From Cyanophora paradoxa CCMP329 (Eukaryota > Plantae > Glaucophyta): a DNA stretch of 64,000 nucleotides. The notes under the pieces were generated by a model. It was not told the origin of the DNA, did not search any database, and was given only the letters and a program-made list of their open reading frames with translations. The position numbers were made by a program, and so were the translations under genes. Location of the stretch: NCBI GenBank assembly GCA_004431415.1, contig QPMI01000622.1, forward strand, positions 1-64,000. The letters run 5' to 3'. Positions 12,557 to 23,504 of this stretch are shown here, piece after piece (positions within the stretch are counted from its first letter, which is position 1; the number at the start of each line of letters is the position of its first letter).

Positions 12557-13083
12557 CGCTGCTGCTGCCGATGCTAATACCGCCGGCCGCTCGGCCTCTC
12601 AGTAATCGCTCCGAGTCGAAAGAGTTGTCGGCGCGGAAGACACTAGTCGGCCTGTCGCGCTGGACGGGGCGAGCTGGTTGATCAGGTGGAGAGAGCGCGG
12701 CTGGATAAGAGCTGGTGGAGAGAGCTCGGGCGTGTCGACGAAACACGAGGAGCCCGAATGATCTACCCCCGGAACCAGGCCTCCTAGGATGCAGCCGCGC
12801 GTTTGCCCAGTTGCGAACGAAGCGAGCTTGACGCGTGAGCTACTAGCTTAGCTGCTAGCGCTAGTGCTCACGCCCGTTAGCTATAGCATAATTAAACAAC
12901 GTTCCGAATTCTAGCGCTACGTACGTATAACGAGTACGCCAGACATCTCGCGAAAAGGGGCTGTACACACACCGCGCGCGCGCTTGCGGTCCGGGGGTGG
13001 CGCCACGGCGCCGTGGCGCCGGCCCGCATCTAGAATCGGGCGGGGCGGGGAGCGCTCGCGGAGCGCGGCCTGCCGGAGGCGCG

Positions 13084-16000
13084 TCAGGCGAGGCGGGGCG
13101 GGAGCGGGCGGCCGAGGGGCCAGGGAACGCACGGGGCGCCTGCGCTGGCGGCGGTGCGGGGCCGCTGGGCGCCAGCGATGGCGGCGAGGTGCTCGGCCGG
13201 GGCCCTCCGTCCACGGGCGGCCGCGGGCTCCAGTCCAGGGGGGCGGCGGCACGCCCCGCGCGGCGTGCGCGGATGCTGCGAAGTCGCCGGCCGCGGCCCG
13301 CTCTGCGGCGGCGGCCCGTGCCGCGAGAAGGGCCGCACGTTCGGCGTCGCCGGCGGCCGCGGCGACGTCAGCCCCGCCCCGGCCGGCGTCGGCGTCGCCG
13401 GCGGCCGCGGGCTCGCCGCGGCGGCGGGGGCGTCGGCGGGGCCGGGGCGTGAGCGGGGCGGCGGGGGCGGCGGGACGGGGCGCGGGGCCCGGGGTGCGGG
13501 GCGGGGTGGCTTGGAGGGGGGAGGGGAGGACGGGGGCGCCGGAGTCGACGTGGGCGGCGACGGCGCGCAGGATCTCCTCCTCGCCCCAGTCGCTGTGGCG
13601 GCGGCCGTGGGGCGGGGCGCGGAGGTGCTGGTAGGAGGTGTAGGCGGCGGCGGCCTCGGAGCGGGGCGGGCCGGCCTCGAGGGGCTGGGCGGCGGAGCGG
13701 GGCTTCCAGGGGGAGGCCTCGGGGTCGAGGGGGTAGTCCTCCGGCATCACGTGCTGGATGAACTCCGTCATGTCGATCGTCCTGCCCCCGGCCCCCGCCC
13801 CCGCCCCGTCGGACCCCGCCCCCGCGGGGGCGGGGCGCGGGGCCGGGGCGGGGGGCACCCGCTGAGGTCCTCGTCGTACTTGCGGATGAGGGCGGCGAGC
13901 TCGTCGGGGGCGAGGTCGATGTTGAAGTTGCGCAGCTCCTCCCGGAAGCGCTCGTAGCTGATCGCCCCCTCCCGCCCCTTGTTGAAGTGGTTGAACGCCG
14001 TCAGCAGGTAGAACGCCCCCCTGCGTCCCCGCCCGTCGGCCCGCGCCCCGGGGGGGGAGCGCCCCGCCCCGCTCACCCCTTGCAACGCTGCTTGATCTTG
14101 TTCTGCAGCAGCTGCGCGCGCGTGAGGCGGGCGGGGCGGGGAGCGGGGAGCGGGGGGCGGGGGCGGGGGCGGGGGCGGACGCTCTCGATGTTGCGGACAG
14201 AGAAGGGGAGGCGGTAGCTCTGGGGCTCGCTGTGCGTCACCTTCGCGCCCTCGTCCAGCACCTCGTGCAGGAAGCCCCGGTACGCTGCGCCCCCCAGCGT
14301 CCGTCAGCGGCCCCCGGGGCGCGGCGGGGCGGGGGCGGGGACCGCCGGTGCGGGGGTCGTGGTAGAAGTCGGGCGCCACGATGAACGACGCCAGCCGCTC
14401 GATCTGCCCCGCCCCCGTCAGGCGCCGCGCGACCCCGCGGGGGGGCGCCGCCGCACGTCGACGCGGCCGCTGCCGCGCGGGTCGTAGCGCCGCGCGAGGG
14501 CCTCGAATTGCTGCGGCGGCCTCGCAACGCGGCCGGCGGGGCGCGGGGCGCGGGGCGCCCGGGGCGGGGCGGCGGGGCGGGCGGACGGGGCGGGAGACGG
14601 GGAGGTTGGCGTCGCGGAGCAGGGCGAAGAGCTCCCCATAGGTCTGCGCGAGGGGCGCCGGGGTGAGGGGCAGCCGGGCCGCAGGGGAGCGGCGCGCGCG
14701 CCAGGTACGGCTGCTCCCGCCCCTCCGGCGTCCCAGCGCGTGCTTCATGTACTGCCGAAAGAACACTGCGCGCCGGCCGGCCGTCGGCGTGGGGCGCGCT
14801 GCGGGGGGCGGGGGGCGGGGGCGGGCGGACTGGTGCCGCCGACGGTGCCGCGGGGCCCGCGGAGGCGGGTGCGGAACTTGTCCTGCAGCGTCTGCTCGAT
14901 CTCCCGCACGGAGAGGGCCTCCATGCCGCGCGGGAAGCGCCGCGCGAAGCGCTCGTAGTAGGCCCGCCGCTGGTCGCCGTTGAAGAGGAACCAGCGCTCG
15001 GGGGTCACCGGCCGGTCCTCCTCCACCTGGTGCTTCTTGTTCCACTGCAGCGCGGCTGAGCGGGGGTGCGCGGCGGGCGGGGCGGGGCGGGGCGGGGGGC
15101 GGGGGGCGGGGACCTCGAAAGGGGATTTGCCGAGGTGGCCGACGAGGCCGACGTTGCCTGGCCCCGCGCCGTAGTCCTGGGGCATCACCCGCCGCACGAA
15201 CTCGTAGAGGTCGATCTGGCCGTCCCCGTTGGCGTCGTAGCGCGCCACGAGCTGGCGCAGCTCGGCGTCCGAGATGGGGATGTTGAACTGCTCGAGGCCC
15301 CGCCGCAGCTCCTCGTACGAGATCGCCCCCGACGCGTCCTTGTCCAGCCACGCGAACGCCTTCTTCAGCTGGTGCGAGCCCCCCTGCGGCTTCTCGCTCA
15401 TCTTCTGCCGCAGCGTCGCCTCGATCCGCTCCACCGTGAACGGCTCCGCCGGCTTGGGCCAGCGCGGCTCGCGCCCGGCCTTGTCGCGGCGCTCGGTGAC
15501 GAAGCCGAGGAGGCCCTTGGACTGGAGCGTCCGCCCCGTGCTCCGGAACGTCGGCACGAACGGGTGCTGCCCCGCCCCGCCCCCTCAGCCCCCGCCCCCG
15601 CCCGCCCCGCGCGGGGGGGCCGCCCCGCGCAGGGGGCGCGCACCGGCAGCGACTCCCCGCCGCTCTCGCGGGAGACCGGCACGCTCCGCCCCGCCGAGGT
15701 CCCCGGCCGCGCCGCGGCCCCGCCGTCCCCGGGCGCCCCTGCGCGGCCGGCGCCGCCTCCTCCCCGGCCGCCTGCGTCCCTGCCCCGCCGCCTCTCACGC
15801 CCCTCCTCGGGATCGCCGGGGGGCCCTGGCCCCTGCCTCGTCCGGGACGGGCGCCGCCGCGTGCCCGCCGGCTGTCCTCGGCCGCGACGCAGTCCCCGGG
15901 CGCGCCTCCGCCTCAGCGCCGCCGGGGCCCGCGGTTGCGGGACGCGCGGTTGCGGGGCGGGAGGCGTCGTCCCCTCCGGCGAGCCGGCGCTCGCGCGCCG

Positions 16001-16405
16001 CCTGGAGCTTCTCCATCGCCGCGTCGACGTCCGCCGCCCGCAGTGCGAGCCAGCGCGGGTCAAAGGGCCTGCGCACACGGCGCGCACGTATCAGGTGTGC
16101 CCGCATTGATACGAAATGACCCGTACACGGCGCTGGGGCGCGACCCTAGCCGTCCGGGACCCGCTCGCGGATCGGGGAGACGCTCGATCCGGCCGGCGTT
16201 TGCGCGGGGCAGCTTCCTCTCCACCCGGGTTGCTCACCGCGGTGATAATGGTCCTGAATCTAATCGTGGTGTGAATTTCGCCGGTCGTGGCCTGCGGCGA
16301 GCTCAGAGCTCGATCCGGGCGAAGCGAGGGGGGTTTATGGGCCCGGAAAGAGCGTGCAAACCCCGTGGCGGAGAGGCCCGACCGTGCCGTCGCCGTCGCC
16401 TGCAT
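13084..16405 (-). CDS. Multi-EF-hand calcium-binding protein (EFCAB6-like); both ends uncertain
   Basis: EF-hand pairs AFAWLDKDASGAISYEEL...YDANGDGQIDLYEF and AFNHFNKGREGAISYERF...YDEDLSG|TIDMTEF, each followed by VMPxDY. Proposed 5' exons: MQATATAR|PRPAKFTPRLDSGPLSPR|AVYGSFRINAGTP. Confidence 0.75.
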
Positions 16406-16488
16406 CTGTGCAGGCTGTGCTATATGTGCGTGGGCCAGCGAGCCCGTACCCCCATTCCTCTGTTCGGTTCGCGGCGCCGTTCGCCGCG

Positions 16489-19400
16489 ATGGCCCTCCAG
16501 TCCGAACGTCAGCTATACCAGCTGCTCCTGCGCACTGTCCGCCAGGAGCGACCCAGCAAGGTGTCGGCAGACCTGCCCTCGCTTGTCGCCTTGCAGCAGG
16601 CTGGGAAGCGCTGGCGCCTCGGCGTTCGCATTCCCGCATCGGCCACGTCCGGCGCCGCTGCGGTCATCCCCGTGTCTCCCCGCCAGTTCAGCCGCACACT
16701 TGCCTCGTGCGCGGCGGCCGCCGGCGCCGCGAGCTCCCAGGCCTCGCCCTCGTCTTCTGTGAGCCAATTGTGACTCGAGAAGCGTCTGTGCTGCCGCCCG
16801 TGCGCTAATCGTGCCTCGTGCGCATGACGCACAGCGTACGATCTACTCGTCGCCCGCCGCCATCCACCGCCGAGCGCTCTCTTCGTGGCTTCTGTCGCGT
16901 GTACCGAAGGGTTCGTGCCCGTTTCTTCTGCGCCGCGGCCATCCGCGGCGCCTGTCGCCTTACGCCGGTTCGCCTGATTGACGACGCCCGTATGATGCAG
17001 GTTTCGAGAACTTCTTCCCCAAGGGCTCCGACGCCGAGTCAGGCAGCAAGAAGAATGACAAGAAGGAGCGCGGTGCGCTCGCTTGCCCCGCCCGCCCCCT
17101 CGCCCCGCGCCCAGTTCCGACTCCGGTCCCTTTTCCCCTCTTCTCGCTTCTTTCTTCCCGCAGATGGCAAGGACGGCGGCAGTAAGAACCGGGATCCGAA
17201 CTTCGAGAACAACATGAAGATGGTGCCCTCGCCTTTTCCCCCAGCGGCGCCGGGCCGGGGCGGGTTCTGAGGCGCGGGGCGGGGCCAGCTCTTTGCGGGG
17301 CTCATCGGGTCGGCGCTGCTGTACGCGGTGGTGTCGACGTCGATGCCGGGGGCCGGGGAGCGCCAGATCTCCTTCCAGGACTTCAAGACGCAGCTCCTCG
17401 AGACCGGCCAGGCGCGCCCCGCCCCGCCCCGCCCCGCACGGCGCCGGGGCGCGTGGCGAGCGTGGCGCAGGTGACGAAGCTCGTGGTGATGAACAAGAAC
17501 GTGGTGAAGGTGTACACGAAGGGCGACGTCTGGTTCGCGGGCGACCTCGAGATGCCCTCCAAGGACGCCGGCTCCCCCAAGTACTACTTCAACATCGGTC
17601 CGCCCCCGCCGCCCGTGCAACGCGGGGGGAGGGCGGGGGCCGAGGGGCCGGGGCGGGGAAGGGTCGGTGGACTCGTTCGAGCGGAAGATGGAGGAGGCGC
17701 AGCGGGCCCTCGGCGCCGACCCCCGCCAGCACATCCCCATCATCTACTCCTCCGAGACCAACTGGATGTCCGCCCCCCGCCCCCGCCCCCCCGCCCCGCC
17801 CCGCCCCCCCGGGAGGGCGGGGCTGAGGGCGGGGCGGGCAGGATCGAGCTGGTGAAGGCGATCCCGACGCTGCTCGTCGTGGGCGTCGTCCTCCTCGCCA
17901 TGCGCAGCCTCCAGGGCCAGATGGGCGGCCGCGGCGGCTCCGGCGTGCGTCCGCCGCCCCCGCCGCGCCCGCGCCGCCGCCGCGCACGGCGGCTCAGGGG
18001 CGGGGGCAGGGTATCTTCCAGATCGGGAAGGCGAACCCGACGGTGGTGAACAAGGAGACGAAGGTGAAGACGACGTTCGCGGACGTGGCGGGGCTGGACG
18101 AGGCGAAGGTGGAGATCGTCGAGTTCGTCGAGTTCCTGAAGAAGCCCGACAAGTTCAAGGAGCTCGGCGCCCGCACCCCCAAGGGCGCCCTCCTCTACGG
18201 CCCCCCCGGCACCGGCAAGACCCTCCTCGCCAAGGCCGTCGCCGGCGAGGCCAACGTCCCCTTCTTCTCGGCCCGCCCCGCCCCGCCCCGCCCCGCCCCG
18301 CCCCGCCGCGCGGGGGCGCGGCTGAGGGGGCGTGGGGTGCAGATCTCGGGGTCGGACTTCCTGGAGATGTTCGTGGGGGTGGGCCCGGCGCGCGTGCGGG
18401 ACCTCTTCGCGCAGGCGCGGGCCAACGCCCCCTGCATCATCTTCATCGATGAGATCGACGCCGTGGGGCGCTCGCGCGGCAAGGGCGGCTTCTCCGGGGG
18501 CGGGCACGACGAGCGGGAGAACACGCTGAACCAGCTGCTCGTCGAGATGGACGGCTTCAACACGACGAGCGGCATCGTCGTGCTCGCCGGCACCAACCGC
18601 GTCGACATCCTCGACAAGGCCCTGCTCCGCCCCGGCCGCTTCGACCGGCAGATCTGCATCGACAAGCCGGACATGAAGGGCCGCAAGCAGATCTTCGAGG
18701 TCCACCTCAAGGGCATCAAGCTGGCGCAGCCCATGGAGGTCTACTCCAAGCACCTCGCCGCCCTCACCCCGGGCTTCGCGGGGGCGGAGATCGCGAACAT
18801 CTGCAACGAGGCGGCGCTGATCGCGGCGCGCAAGGGCGACTCGGCGGTGGACACGCGCCACTTCGAGCAGGCCATCGAGCGCGTCATCGGCGGCCTCGAG
18901 AAGAAGAACGCGCTCATCACCCCCAGCGAGAAGAAGGTCATCGCCTACCACGAGGCCGGGCACGCCGTCGCCGGCTGGTTCCTCGAGCACGCGGCGCCGC
19001 TCCTCAAGGTCTCGATCGTGCCGCGGGGGACGGCGGCGCTCGGGTACGCGCAGTACCTCCCCAAGGAGCAGTTCCTCTACACCAAGGAGCAGCTCCTCGA
19101 CATGATGTGCATGACCCTCGCCGGCCGCGTCGCCGAGAAGATCTTCTTCGGCAAGGCCCGTCTCGCCCGCCCCCGCCCGGCCCCCACCCCCGCGCCGCGC
19201 CCGGCTGAGGGAGGGCGGCGGGGCGCAGGTGACGACGGGGGCGCAGGACGACCTGTCCAAGGTGACGAACCTCGCGTACGGCCAGATCATGGTCTACGGC
19301 TTCAACGAGAAGATCGGCCAGGCACGCCCCCCGCCCCGCCCCGCCCCGCCCCGCCCCCGCGCCGGGCGGGGCTCACTGCGGGGCGGGCAGGTGTCGTTCC

Positions 19401-19916
19401 CGCAGCAGAAGGAGGGGGAGATGCAGTTCCAGAAGCCGTACAGCAACCAGACGGCGGAGATCATCGACGAGGAGGCCCGCGCCATGATCGACGCCGCCTT
19501 CAAGCGCACCGAGGCCCGTACCCGCCCCGCCCCGCCCCGCCCGGGGCCGCCCCGCCCGGGGCCGGCAGGGGGGCTGACGCGGGCGCAGGAGCTGATCGCG
19601 TCGAAGAAGGAGCTGGTGGAGAAGCTGGCGGAGGTGCTGCTGGTGAAGGAGGTGATCGGGGTGAAGGACGTGGTGGAGACGCTGGGCCCGCGCCCCTTCC
19701 CGCACCTGACCTCGTACGACGAGCTCATGGACGCCATGCGCCCCGACGACGGCGCCCGCGACGTCCGCCGCGCCCCCCGCCCGCCGCCCGCCGCCCCCCC
19801 GCCTCACCCCCGCCCCGCAGGAGAAGCCGGCGTCGCCCGCGGAGGAGACCCCGCGCCCGCCCCGCGTGACCCGCCCCCGCCGACCCCACGGCCCCCGCCC
19901 GCCACGCCCCACGTAG
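16489..19916 (+). CDS. AFG3L2: Mitochondrial m-AAA protease (AFG3L2 / FtsH3-10 type)
   Basis: [24 protein letters not shown], Walker A GPPGTGKT, Walker [12 protein letters not shown] motif, HEAGH zinc site, [10 protein letters not shown]|VTTGAQDDL, and the YYFNIG|SVDSFERK motif of m-AAA proteases. The stop is at 19869 or 19916 depending on a possible indel. Confidence 0.93.
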
Positions 19917-19955
19917 CTGTAAATACGAGACCCGCCCCCGGCCCTCCCCGGGCGG

Positions 19956-20307
19956 TGCGCTGAGCGGGATGCGCTAAGCAGTTGGCTAGGCCCGGAGGCG
20001 CCCCAAGCAGAGAGGGACAGGCCCGTACAGAACCGTAGGGCGACGGCAAGCGGGTGCCATTACGTACACAGCAGGCGCAGAGCCAGCGCAAGACAGATAG
20101 TAAGACAGAGAGAACAAGAACAGATCTGGCAAGGACAGCAAGCGAGCGCCGCGCGGGGCAAGCGAGGGCCCAGGGCTAAAATAAGCGGGCCAGTTGGCAA
20201 CAACGTGGCACCAGGAATAGCAGGCTACAAAGGGTACAAGGCAAGGCAAGCTGCCGGCTTCGAGCCGACGACCAGGGCTAGCTGGGAGTCGGAAAGTGGG
20301 CGGCACA
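19956..20307 (-). repeat. 3' LTR (352 bp)
   Basis: Identical by eye to 23505-23856. Confidence 0.92.
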
Positions 20308-21218
20308 CGCTTCCCGCTACAAAAAGCCGTCCTCGGCGCTACGAGCTAAAGGCTGAACTAAAGCTGCGTAGGCGAGGCTGAACGGACTACAAGCCAAAAG
20401 CCGGCTACCGTCCCTGCACAGAAAGCCGTCCTCGGCGCCACAGCGGGCGGGCCGGAGGGGCAAATTAAAATCCATCAGGCCGTCGGCACCAGTATGAGGA
20501 ACTGGGCCCAACAAAGAAAGTTGGGTGAGGGACCCACGACCTGACGCCAGAGCGCGCGGAGCGCCGCCAGCCAACCGGGGGCAAACCCTCTAAATCCCGC
20601 CGGAGGGGAAAACGAGTGCTAGCGCTAGCACTAAGCTCGAATTCGAAGCCGGCGCCGCGCCACACGAGCCGCCGGGCCGCGGCGGCGCCGGGTCGAAAGT
20701 TCCACAGTGTAGAAGGTACTTGACGTAGAGTGTAGTAGTGTAGGACCGCAGGCAGCAGAGCCGCAGCGGCAGAGTACGCGTTGCGGGCCAAGCTCGGCGC
20801 AGCTTGCCGCATTGCGTTGCCAAGTGACTCGGCCGGCGGAGTCACAAGGCGGGGCGATCGGTCAGCACAGTAGAGTGTGCAGCCGCGTACGCGTAGAGCA
20901 GGCAAGCCATGAAGAGTAGAGGCGGCGAGCCAGTCGTACGGGGTCAGGCTCCGCAGCAGCAGCAGGCCACTGGTCGCATCATACAGACCCATCGCCAGGG
21001 ATCCTCCGCGATCAGACGGGATGGCAAACCACGGATACAGCCATCGAGTCCGCCGGCGTACGCTGATGCAGCGCGTAGCCGGGGCTTAGGCAGGCCACCA
21101 TCGCGGGACAGGAGACAGCATCAGCGCGGCCCGGAATGATCATCGGTGCTCGTGTGATAGTTGTAGGCAAGACGTATGGACCTCTCAGCAGCGGAGAGTC
21201 GCAAGCGGAGGCTTGGTC

Positions 21219-21412
21219 GGAATCACCCGGACTAGAGCGCCGGTGCGTGCTGGCTTGGTCAGCGTGGAATCACCCACAGCTAAGCAGACCGAAACAGCGC
21301 TGGCGTCCAGCTGGAATCACCCAGCTGCCAGGTTCAACCGAAGCACGGGAATCACCCGACGGGCCGACGCAGTCGACGCGCGAACGTGAAGACTGGTCGC
21401 GGGGCATCACCC
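21219..21412. repeat. Array of five GG(A/C)ATCACCC motifs with unique spacers, each at or near a hairpin apex
   Basis: Copies start at 21219, 21266, 21313, 21348 and 21403. Confidence 0.75.
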
Positions 21413-21618
21413 AGTGCTGCTTGCTGACGCTCCTCAACAGACAGGTCCGCTGTCCGCCGTCCAACTTTAGCTATGGCTGCTCACGTCGTCGTAGGACGTT
21501 CCAGAGCGCATCATTACGCTTCTGTTGACCTTCGCCCGCTGGACAGGCCTCGGTCAGACCTCCGCCCGCTGAACAGGCCTCGGTCGCTGATCAAACGCCC
21601 ACGACAGGAAGAACGACA

Positions 21619-22785
21619 GTCCGCACACGCTTGAGATGTGCGTGAAGCGACTGACATCTGGCTTGACGAGCTGGACGTCCCGGAGAAGGGCAGCTACGTC
21701 GTCGGAGCCAGGGCAAGGTCTTGGCATCTTGTCTGCCTTCTCGGTGCGACAGCGCGCACAGTAGACTTGACAACAGATAGATGCGCTTCCTCGCATAGAG
21801 ATCGCTGTCAAGTGGAGCTGCGCCGGCTTCCACTGACGCGTACGCAACCCGCAGAGCCGAGAGAGACGCGGAGCCGCACGTCCTCTGGATGCAGGGTGGA
21901 GTCAAGTGGAGTGATCCTCACGAGGGATGCCACTCGCCGCCACTGAGCGTGCCTCGGGAGGTCCGCAGGCGCCACAGCAGCCGTCGTAGGTAAGACCTCG
22001 GGCGCGTACTGGGGCCTTGTTATCCCAGGGGCTTTCACGTCACAGCGGTTTGACTCCATGCGTTCTTCAGATACACTCGCCACCATTGAGCGTGCCTCGG
22101 GCTAGCCGGAGGTGCCATCGCAGCCGTCGTAGGTGAGACCTCGGGCGCGGACTGGGGCCATGTTATCCCAGGGCATTCACGTCTTGGCGGTCTGACTCTG
22201 TACTTTCTGGGGCCATGTTGTCCGCTCACGCTTGAGATGTGCGTGAAGCGACTGACATCTGGCTTGACGAGCTGGACGTCCCGGAGAAGGGCAGCTACGT
22301 CGTCGGAGCCAGGGCAAGGTCTTGGCATCTTGTCTGCCTTCTCGGTGCGACAGCGCGCACGGTAGACTGGACAACAGATAGATGCGCTTCCTCGCATAGA
22401 GATCGCTGTCAAGTGGAGCTGCGCCGGCTTCCACTGACGCGTACGCAACCCGCAGAGCCGAGAGAGACGCGGAGCCGCACGTCCTCTGGATGCAGGGTGG
22501 AGTCAAGTGGAGCCGCCGCTGAGCGTGCCTCGGGAGGTCCGCAGGCGCCACAGCAGCCGTCGTAGGTAAGACCTCGGGCGCGTACTGGGGCCATGTTATC
22601 CCAGGGGCTTTCACGTCGCAGCGGTTTGACTCCATGCGTTCTTCAGATACACTCGCCACCATTGAGCGTGCCTCGGGCTAGCCGGAGGTGCCATCGCAGC
22701 CGTCGTAGGTGAGACCTCGGGCGCGGACTGGGGCCATGTTATCCCAGGGCATTCACGTCTTGGCGGGCTGACTCTGTACTTTCTG
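21619..22785. repeat. Tandem duplication (591 bp and 566 bp units), each containing two about 115-140 bp subrepeats
   Basis: Unit A 21619-22209 and unit B 22220-22785 are near-identical. The subrepeat starting TGAGCGTGCCTCGGG occurs at 21944, 22087, 22520 and 22663. Confidence 0.9.
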
Positions 22786-23490
22786 CAGAGAGAAAAGATT
22801 GATTGACCGGCGCTTCATAGCTGCCTGGCGAGCCTGGCATGTCACGAGCATGCTGGCGACTCGACAAAACGAGACGACGACGAGAAGAAGGTATGTTTGG
22901 TATGTTTGTGAAGAATACTCATCCAGGTATCTTTTATCATCATATGTCTCACTGTACGTGGACCAGAGAAGAAACGACAGGCCATAACGACAAGAAGATC
23001 ATCATTCGATCGGCGTCAACACGCAATTCGATCGTTATGACGACGTGTGTAGATGTAGAGGGTGTTGCTCCACATACAATACATTTAGTATTACGTTGTG
23101 GCGTCGTCTCTCGATACAATACAATACAGTTTCATTCGACATGCGCGCGGGCTGCATCAGCATCTGTTCTTGAGCGCAGCCACGGCACGTTTAGATGACT
23201 GTGAGCGCATGCGGCTCAATAGACGGGTTGGCGGACGCTTCCCACTACAGAAAGAGTGGTGCGCCAGGTCCGTAAGCAAGAAAGGCGCAGTGGCGGGTGG
23301 AAAGCTTAAGGCATGAACCATGCGGTTCGTATTGCTAAGCTCTGCCGCATAGGCGCTTCCCACTACAAGAGAGTGGAGGCCGTACGCGCAAGCCAAGCCT
23401 TGAAGGCAAACGATGGCGTGGTTGTCCAGGGGTTCGGGCAAGAGCGCAGCGTTCGTCCCCAGGCATACGAGCTAAAAAGTCGAAGCCCAA

Positions 23491-23504
23491 CGCAGCAGCC
23501 CCCA
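23491..23504 (-). promoter_or_regulatory. Putative primer-binding site (tRNA-Pro-like)
   Basis: TGGGGGCT immediately inside the LTR matches the first 8 nt of the classical tRNA-Pro PBS (TGGGGGCTCG...); the match stops after that. Confidence 0.55.

Noticed and set aside
16069-16087. 19-nt GT-AG intron as an alternative to the AT-AC intron
   Set aside because: In frame, but far below the local intron size range and without a branch motif; disfavoured, not excluded.
21219-21412. CRISPR-like repeat-spacer array
   Set aside because: The repeat is only 10 bp, spacing is irregular, the spacers pair with themselves, there are no cas genes, and the context is a eukaryotic retroelement.
21638-21946. 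SWIM/zinc-finger or transposase fragment in the duplicated unit (YVV...VDLTTDRC; CCQVYCARC on the other strand)
   Set aside because: Motifs are incomplete and the ORFs short; not supportable without a profile search.
22030-22100. Hammerhead ribozyme / retrozyme: the minus strand has CTGAAGA-stem-GAAA (repeated near 22606-22676), and the LTR size and 4 bp TSD resemble retrozymes
   Set aside because: I could not build stem III with an NUH cleavage triplet in type I or III topology, and no core motif lies in the LTRs. An Infernal/RNAMotif search would settle it.
22839-23198. 119-aa ORF inside the LTR element as gag
   Set aside because: Antisense to the inferred element orientation; no zinc knuckle or capsid-like pattern.
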